This document shows, piece by piece, positions 46,818 through 55,231 of a stretch of 55,231 bases of DNA. The notes under the pieces are model-generated. The model made no database searches. It was not told the DNA's origin and saw nothing but the letters and a program-made list of their open reading frames with translations. Every line of letters begins with the position of its first letter. The first letter of the stretch is position 1. A program made the translations under genes and the position numbers. The stretch comes from Catajapyx aquilonaris (taxonomy: Eukaryota), in assembly GCA_000934665.2 (NCBI GenBank), contig KZ538664.1, forward strand, positions 1-55,231, read 5' to 3'.

Positions 46818-49800
46818 TTAGTTATCGTGGAAGAGTTGCTCCAGCTGGTCTAGGTTGTCACTATCTAATCTTACAATGGTACGGCCTGCAGATATTTAAA
46901 AGGTTTTAGAATATTAAGATGCTTTCAGATGGCAAAACTGTGTCACATTACGCACAACAACTAACCAAAGTGGGTTTCGATCTGTCTTATGATGTCCATG
47001 GTTCTGGTACCATCCACAAGGTTAATTGCAAGTCCTGCCTTGCCAAAACGTCCTGCCCGTCCAATGCGATGCAGATATATATGTGTCGCAGTCTGCTCGT
47101 CCACTAGTCACGTGAACGGGCATGTCATAATTGACCACCAGGGTGACCTGCTCCACATCAATACCTGTCCAGAACACAGCATTATACTCATTACTACCCA
47201 TTTTTGCAACAATGTCATCTTAGGAAAACACACCTCGGGAGAGCACATTAGTGGTGATCAGCACTCTTTCCATTCCGTCCCTGAAGCGCTCTAGAACTGC
47301 CACCCTCTGTTCAATGCTTAGATCACCGCTGAGTATGCCCACCGCATGGCCATCCGAAGCGAGCTTGGCGGCAATAAGCCAGGCAGCAGCTTTACGGGTG
47401 TGGCAGAAGATCATGGCCTGGCCAATAGTGACCACCCCATATATGTTTGTAATTGCACGATATTTGGCCTCTGGTGACGCGCAGTTGACATACACCTGCT
47501 TGATGTTTGATAGAGACTCCTCCGCTCTCCTCAATCGGAGAATCAGCGGTTGCGTTTGGATGATTCCTTCCGCAAAGTCCATCATTTCTTGATCATAGGT
47601 TGCGGAGAACAGAATCATCTGGCATGTCTTAGGAATCAACCTGAAGAAACAGGGAGATCAGTATAATGCATATTAAGCATCCAACTGTAGGTTTTTGCAT
47701 CACAGATTAGACTACATGAGATGTTGAAAAACCCCAACAAAAAGTCAAATATGACATCTAAAAATCTGCATTCAAATGAGCTTTAACTTTCTCACAACAC
47801 ATGAGGTGAGAAATTATTGCTAAAAATTTCGTCTACTCGGGGCTAAAAAGCGAATGCATTTGCTCATGACACGTAAGTGATTTCCTGCACATTTGATATT
47901 TGCTCATGGCAAGCATCAAAGGCTTAAAAAGTTGTAGTCACTGGATGGAAAGTTGCAGAGTCACACTTAGATTACTATTAATTTTTAAAAAAAAGATCAA
48001 CATCTGGGATGTGGGATGAAATAATTACATGTTTCTTGACTGTTCTGGTAGTCTACACTTCATGACTGTTGTGTTGAGTATGAAAACTTACCTGCGGATC
48101 TGGATGCTTTGATCCTGATGCCCCTGCATTCCAATCATGATATCAGCTTCGTCCAGGACGAACACTGCCAGCTGGCTCATGTCTAGAATCTTATGCTTCA
48201 CACACCAATCTAGAACTTCCCCAGGAGTACCAATCACTATCTGCTCTTCAATCTGGTACACTCTTCCCCCTGATCAACAAAAAAATAGCAAGCATTAAAC
48301 ATATAGCCTGACGAAACTTCTTGTCCAGACATAACAGCCATGTGCTGTAATATTGTACTTTAAAGTACAATATTACAGCACATGGCTGGCACAATTCGAG
48401 AGTAATTTTAAACTATAGTTTAGAACAGAAGGAGCCCCAAAATTCAGGGTGAAGTTGAGGCAATTCTTTCAGGTTGCATGTACTTCCTGCTGCCGGCAAA
48501 AAAGTTGCACACACGTTAATTGCATGGTGCAAAAGGCCTTTAGACTACACTATTGTGACAAGCAGGTTCCCCAAGATTAATCAAGATTTACTTATAATAT
48601 AAATGAAATGACAACATACCGTCTTGCCCATGGACTGCCAATTTGACCTTAACATCTGGACAAAACTGGCCCATCCTAGTGGTGACATCTCCAATTTGGA
48701 CAGCCAACTCGTACATTGGTGCAAGACACACAGCCTGGAAGTTAGGGCATAATGAGAGTTTAAGACAAGGTTGGCACATGATGTCTGCTTACAAACTATA
48801 CTCTTACCTGTGGATAATTCTTTGTACCATCTACCCGGCTCAGCATAGCCAGCACAAATGCGGCAGTCTTCCCAGTTCCAGACTGAGACTGGGCAATCAT
48901 GTCAACAGGGCTACATAAACACGAACCATTAAAACATTATTACTAATTCATACAAAATAACTCCAGTTCACACCATTAGTACACGACATTCCTGTATGTA
49001 CAGTTGGAATTTCAGATAAACGATTCTCAACCTGTAATACCGTATTACCCTCACTTAAAGCGGCATGCCGGTATAAAACGAGGTTGACCAGTATGCTGCA
49101 ATAACCGAGGTAGATTTCCATCATTTTAATATGATTTTGATCATCATCATCACCATCACGACATTTCCCTATAAGGGGTAGTCAACGATGACGGGAGCCG
49201 CAAGATAACCCAAAATATGAACAAAATTAAAAAATTCCAAGAATAAAGCTATAAACTACCCGTCCCGCTCCATCTCGGACACTCAATACACTCAATCAGA
49301 CACTCAATATTAAATTTAAATATTACACTATGCAACGTGGTACTTTGCAAAATCAAGTCCCCCCCCCCNNNNNNNNNNCCCCCCCCCCGGAAGAGGAATC
49401 AGCAACTGTTAAATTCCTCCAAATGACTAGAAAATTATTTTACCGGTTTTTGAGGAATAACAATATCCATTAAATTCTTCCAAATGATTAGAATATTTAC
49501 ATGTTAGTAAGAAGAATCAGCATCTGAAAAGCTTGCAAGCATGACTACCGGTGTCAACCTATGCATTACTGTGCAAGAAATATTTGCCAAGCTTGTAGTC
49601 CTGCACATGATGTGCACTGACAAAATTTTTGGAATGCATCTGGTATGACCAGGGATGGAAAAAGAACCGCTTCCTTCCAAGAAGCGCTTCTTTTTTCCAT
49701 GTGCAGGGATGGAAAAAGAACCGCTTCCTCCCAAAGAAGCGGTTCTTTTTCCATCCCTGGGTACGACTGTACTAAATTAATGTTACGGTGAAAAATGGGC

Positions 49801-52717
49801 CAATACAGGCCTACAGGGCTGTGAGAATATGCCAGTTCATCTGTTGTACAGAGCATAGAATGTGACCAATCCCATATTCAAGCCTGCTCTGACTGTGAGA
49901 GAGGATCAAGCTAGGCAAATTCCTTCAGTCCTTGATCATTTTGCTCAATAGTTCGCTGGTCGCAGATCTCGTTTTCAATCAGAGGATCACTTGGTGTAGT
50001 GGGATCATATTTGTCTGAGAAGCCTCGTTACTCGCAGATAATAAAATCCAAACCCAAAGTATGAAATATCCTGGTAGGTATACTTCCCTTATTCTTGCAG
50101 CTTTGCACTTTTAATTGAAAATGTTGCTGTGAAAGAACTTAATAACAATCTTATGGGAAGTGTCTGGCAATAAAAGTGTGTCCTGGGCTGTATCCGCACT
50201 GTAGAACATATATGGTGCAATGCATTCATTTGTTGTAATAATAATTTTCACAGAGATCGTAATAATGCCTCGTGTTATACTGCCATACCTCAACCAGCAT
50301 ACGGGTTGACCTCGACTACACCGGCATGCCGCTTTAGGTGAGGTAATACGACCAAAGTTAATTATTAACTTATTAGTATTAAATTATTATAAATTATTAT
50401 AAATATAATATAAATATACAAATTATATTATAAATTATTATAAATATATAAATACATAAATTATATATTACAAATTATTATAAATATAATATAAATATAT
50501 AAATTATATATTATTATAAATATAATATAAATATATAAATTATATATTATTATAAATATAATATAAATATATAAATTATATATTATTATAAATATAATAT
50601 AAATATATAAATTATAAATTCTAAATTATAATTATTAAAAATTAAGCAGCAGCAGTAGTACACTATGTGAACGTACGGATCAGCCATCAAGGTTGGCAGC
50701 GCAGTTTCTTGAATCTTCGATGGAAAGTCAAAACCCATTACGAAAACTCCCTTTAGCAGGTTGGGAGGCCTTTAAAACAATTGCAATAAATCAGCAATAA
50801 TGAAAATTATTGTAACATAAGGGGAATCCAAATAGGAATCATCTGCCTTGAACTTACAGGTTGAGTGCCTCAAATGATTTGACAGAATACAGTGGTGAGT
50901 TTGGGTTTCGCTGTTGTATGTCCAAGGCATATGTGTTCTCTACTAATCCCTTCCTTAGAATCTTCTGTAGGAGGGACTTCTCAGCCATGTCCATGTCTTG
51001 GTCATGATTGCCTGCCTCTCCCTGTGCTGAGGGTGCTTCAGCATGGCCTACTGGCATGTTGCCAACACCACCCAAAGGTCCCTGATGGAAGTGATGAAGA
51101 AAGGTGTCACTGGATTAGGCAAAAACTGATTCATTTATCCAAGCTTTGATTTTCATTGAAATATCTAATTGGGAACAGCAAAGTGAAGCAATTGGCATCG
51201 AACATCAATAAATTTTCGCAGGCCACAACCCCTTGAAGGCCCATTCAACCTAATATTAACAGCAATACTTTTGATGACCACTTAATATATGTGGTTTAAA
51301 CTTAAAGCAACCATTTAAAAAGTAAGCAGCATAGTGCAAAAAATAGCTGTAGCAATTGGCCAAGTATTTTATATCACCCTGTATATGAGTGTCCACCATA
51401 ATATTTGGCAGTTACCGAATACAGTACGTGTTGACTGACAGGACTTAACGTGTGATTCCAGCCATTCTGCTTCGAAGAATGCAGCAATGTTTGCCCCAAC
51501 CAGGAAAGATATGCAAAATAGTAAATTTATTCAAGCAGGAAATGAAGCCTGGTAACACTGGTGTCACAAGAGGATGCTGATGAACATCAATGAAGAAATG
51601 GGTTGGTAATAGTCAAAAATTACAACACTACAATAATTATACAGGGTGTTCGTGAACCGACCAGTCAGACCTGTACCCGTGGCTCCATTGACACCAGATG
51701 ATCATGTTATGTAGATGAGTCATTATGTCTGGGCAGCCTCATTACTGAGATAATTGCCTTCAAAGAACAAGTACAAATTGGTACAAAGTATCCTGGGAGG
51801 TATGGAAACCTTCAGCCCTGAAATCGTATCACGGGTGAAAATAGCAGCTTTTCCATTTGGCTACTAGCATGTCGCATGTGTATGCTGCATGTCGCATTTG
51901 TACTGCATGTCGCATGTGATCTGTGACAATCTGTGACAATCACTCTTAGGCCCAATCGCTAAATTGCAAATGATCAATTATCTCAGTAATGAGGCTGCCC
52001 AGACATAATTACTGCTCCTCTACATAACATGATCCTCTGGTGTCAATGGAGCCATGGGTACAGGTCTGACTGGTCGGTTCACGAACACCCTGTATTATCC
52101 CATCTTCTCATCTTCAGTATTTTACAATGGTGGAAATTAATGCATATATCCACAAGTATCACCACCTGGCAGAGCTTTTCCTTTACTTCATGTGGCTGCA
52201 TGTAAAGGAAAAGCTCTGCTTATGGATATCCATTAATTTCCACCACTGTACACAAAACCTGCTGCATGGCGGTGCATATATGCCACTGACAAGTTTTACA
52301 CAACTTTCTTTTTAGCTGTTAACTTGTTAAATGGTCACCTGAAACGTTGGCTATTTCCCCCCCTACAGTGAAAATGTTCTAATGGTTCAGCTGTAGGCCT
52401 ACTGCAAAGAGGATGCTAAGTAAGTATGAGCTAAAATTGGATTGCAGTAATAAGAGGCTATTCAACTGCCTATTCCACGGCAAGGTTCATTATTGCCTAC
52501 AGGCCGTTGTTACCCAACAACAATCATCAAATTCCACTGATATTATGCAACAGATATGCCCATAGCCACAATAAGAAATCTTCCATCCGGCGGGCACATG
52601 ACAACAGAATTCAGTCAACCAGTACCCGCCCCTCTTCTTTATCTGCCCACCCAGAACCCATACCTCCAATATTCCCCACCGACGGGACGGAATATGTGCG
52701 GCGGGACGACCTTCCAT
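46818..52717 (-). CDS. DDX19: DDX19/Dbp5-family DEAD-box RNA helicase with a 4-nt frameshift before motif VI (possible pseudogene)
   Basis: Exons 52717-52664 (tentative), 51081-50858 ([16 protein letters not shown]), 50769-50677 ([10 protein letters not shown]), 48910-48808 ([10 protein letters not shown]), 48734-48620, 48269-48092 (GTPG, DEAD), 47640-47234 ([16 protein letters not shown]), 47164-46966 (IDV, frameshift, HRIGRAGR), 46885-46818 stop. Confidence 0.92.
48335..48388. repeat. Perfect 54-bp palindrome with no spacer
   Basis: CAGCCATGTGCTGTAATATTGTACTTT|AAAGTACAATATTACAGCACATGGCTG. Confidence 0.95.
49040..50351. mobile_element. Non-autonomous TIR element (pogo-like CCGTA end) in DDX19 intron
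   Basis: CGTATTACCCTCACTTAAAGCGGCATGCCGGT / ACCGGCATGCCGCTTTAGGTGAGGTAATACG; TA on left flank. Confidence 0.7.
49650..49759. mobile_element. Tandem dimer of a tiny Ac-like hAT hairpin element
   Basis: CAGGGATGGAAAAAGAACCGCTTC...GAAGCGGTTCTTTTTCCATCCCTG unit twice; 8-bp TSD GGTATGAC / GGTACGAC. Confidence 0.78.
50380..50640. repeat. Almost pure AT tandem repeat
   Basis: Repeated AAATATAATATAAATATATAAATTATATATTATTAT-type units. Confidence 0.9.
51642..52092. mobile_element. Tc1/mariner-type MITE, same family as 36364
   Basis: TA-CAGGGTGTTCGTGAACCGACC...GGTCGGTTCACGAACACCCTG-TA; interior in opposite orientation to the 36364 copy. Confidence 0.88.
52125..52248. mobile_element. Small TA-flanked hairpin MITE
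   Basis: TA-CAATGGTGGAAATTAATG / CATTAATTTCCACCACTG-TA; inner stem GCAGAGCTTTTCCTTTAC / GTAAAGGAAAAGCTCTGC. Confidence 0.7.
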
Positions 52718-52859
52718 CAAAAGCTTGATCAAAAGCCACTGGCGATGCAGATGATTAGCCTACTAGATGATCACGGCAGATTCTGTATGAACCGGAACAA
52801 AGACGAGCCACCACAAGAAGGAAGACCGATTGTAGCCACGGATTGTAGCAGCTACTTTT

Positions 52860-53050
52860 AACAGTATCGAATCGATACGCGTCGGTATATTTAGGTATAT
52901 ATATCGATATTCTCGAATTTCAGGTGTTGTTTTTCTAATTATGTATGCATTGTACATTACAACTTTAAAGTTAAGGAGAGTGCTAATCAAGTCCACGTGG
53001 CCCTGACGTGGCCTGATTAATTGATAATGGTTATCGCGATAACGGCTATA
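52860..53050. promoter_or_regulatory. Candidate promoter upstream of DDX19-like gene
   Basis: CpG-rich; DRE TATCGATA 52902-52909, E-box CACGTG 52994-52999, TGACGTGG 53004-53011. Confidence 0.4.
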
Positions 53051-53700
53051 TTAATAAATCTTAAATGGCTATTCTGTTTTTTCACCGTTGGGAAAATAAT
53101 GGCGTCGAGAGCGCCTGCAAATTAATACTGATCGATACTATGATAATAATTATATTTAATTGACGGGGTACAGTTAGGGAATAATGCCGTATGTGCAGAA
53201 TGGAGATGAATATAATGACAATGCAAATGACACAAAAATGACATGAAACCAAAATCAGTAGGACCAAGGAGGTTGCCAGATGCACAATAAGCAGTTGATT
53301 GTTTGAATTGTATAATGTCCATTAACGATTAACCACAGATTATACAGTTGAATGGATAATGGCTGCCTTCCCAAACTTATGATGGCTTGTTGACCCAAAT
53401 GTGTGATATTTTTTGGCGTGATTATTTAAATATTTTTATAAATTAATTTTAATTGCTGTAACGTGGAATGTTCATTACATTTTATGAAAATGTGATTTAG
53501 GCTCTTAGTTCTGATTTTATGGCCCCTCAAGAAGCACATTCGTCAAGTGCAACGCTAAGATGATTTTCTGAAAACTTGGGGTGGAATTTTCGTCCCACTA
53601 GCAGTACCATTGCCAACACTGGTACTGCTAGAGCAGTGATACAAATGGGGGGTGTGGTGTCTCCCTAAAAAGGCGAAAAGCCTTATGGGGGCAATAAATA

Positions 53701-53732
<32 letters not shown>

Positions 53733-54441
53733 GTGAGCAGTGAAACGTATGTGCCCATTTTGTGACAGAGTTTTACTATGCTATTGTTCCTGCATTGCTG
53801 TAATAGGAATATTAGGTGCTTGTTGAGTCAATGCATAACTTACATTTCAGTGTACTTTCACTACAGGCTTGGCAATGGCATACATGTGAAAGTAAGTTTC
53901 TCCTTTGGTTCAGGCATGTCAGACTTTGAGACTTGTGATCGTGCTTGTGATGCTTGAATCTGCCATATCAAGGGCAGTCATTATAATATGTTACTAATCA
54001 TTACTGACAACTAAAGAATACCAACATGCCTACAGTATATTGTGAATGCAGTTATTGAATCAGAATTTGTCTGGGTTCATATTTGTTTGCCACATGTGCT
54101 TTTCTGCACCTGTTGTATGTATCACCTGGATAATCTAGCTCCAATAATAGTTTTTTGACTTCAAAGTGCACCAGATCATACATCAGGTGTTGCACCATTG
54201 CTGGTGTGGCCTTAATTTCCATGGCGACCTTTGCTATAACTGTTGGGCAACAACATAATTATTAATTTTTTAAAAAAAAACTTCAGGGTTTTTAAGGCCA
54301 CCTGCTACAGGGCAGGTCAACCTTATTTTTTCTTGAAGTCACTCGTCCTATGTCCAATTCCCTCCCAACTGACATAAATTATTTAAATTCTGCCTGTGCT
54401 GCATATGACTGCCAAGTATCACACATTTGCATTATTTACAG

Positions 54442-54660
54442 GTTATGAGAACATCATCGGTCACTTGGAAGTTGGCACTGAGACCCTACTGGACAAATCT
54501 AAGAGTGTGAAAACTGTCTTGATGCAGCTGTTTGAGGAGAGTGGCAACTGGGTATTGAGGATATTGACATCACCAACGCCTGCTATGGTGGGACAGCTGA
54601 GAATCCTCTGCCTGTCCACCAAACTAACTTGCAACATGCAATTACTTTCATGGGATGGCT
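54442..54660 (+). pseudogene. HMGCS1: HMG-CoA synthase pseudogene fragment
   Basis: After an AG acceptor: [31 protein letters not shown]; shifted frame [15 protein letters not shown] (catalytic Cys motif); original frame SWDG. Confidence 0.88.
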
Positions 54661-55231
54661 TCATTTTGCGAGTAATGAAATTTAGCACAAAACAAATTTG
54701 ACAAAAATGGTGGGCATAACTGACATCACTACATTTAAGCAGTACAGTGAATATAAAGTTAGTCAATCTCTTAATTTTGCCATAAAGAGCTTGCCTGCAG
54801 TAGATAGACATCAGTACTGTGTTTCTGTTGACATTTGTGATGTGGCTAATATACTGCAAGGAATAATGCGGCTAATCTTATGTGCCTGAAAAAAAGTGTT
54901 GCATTTTTCCTATACACTAGTTCCATACACTCCAAGTGCACCCACATCTGGGCTGTTCCCAGGTACATGGTACCTGACACATGTGGACTCTGAGCATTGC
55001 CTGACATATGAGTGCACCCCACATGACTCGATGAATGGAGCAAAGTATGAGCTGCATGCTGGTGTGTATGTCAGTGCCAATGGTAGCAACAAGGGAAAGG
55101 GAAACTTGGTTGGGGTTGTGATTCAGACCGCTTCGGCCCGTATACATAATGACTGCTCAGATCGCGGGGTTGAGTAACTCCGGGTCGAGAGCGAGTCGGG
55201 GTTAACTCCGGGATCGAGTTGGATCCGCATA

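Noticed and set aside
1..55231. CRISPR array, rRNA or prokaryotic operon
   Set aside because: No regularly spaced direct repeats with unique spacers and no rRNA similarity; genes are intron-containing eukaryotic genes
55136..55231. Possible left end of another MITE (GGCCCGTATACATAA..., repeated TAACTCCGGG)
   Set aside because: Cut by the window edge, so the partner TIR and TSD cannot be verified

Overview
Eukaryotic (animal, probably arthropod-like invertebrate) genomic DNA with spliceosomal introns. Reconstructed genes: PPP1R42/LRRC67-like LRR gene (minus), an SKA3-like gene (minus) head-to-head with UBE2V/Uev1A (plus) across a GC-rich bidirectional promoter, a DDX19/Dbp5-family DEAD-box helicase (minus) with a 4-nt frameshift before motif VI, and a frameshifted HMG-CoA synthase fragment. 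Most remaining sequence is transposon-derived: a LINE ORF2 fragment, about 20 non-autonomous inverted-repeat elements (Tc1/mariner/pogo, hAT, piggyBac, PIF/Harbinger-like; many near-complete foldbacks, often nested or chained), at least five tRNA-derived SINE families, and two truncated intron-containing transposases fused at one junction. Most notable: a covarying 3' stem-loop shared by otherwise different SINE families, a GC-rich multi-hairpin spacer inside a 636-bp-arm foldback, two long hairpins without target-site duplications (TSDs), and a very high foldback load in UBE2V introns. Protein and family assignments come from recalled motifs, not database searches. Most short ORFs in the track are repeat artefacts.
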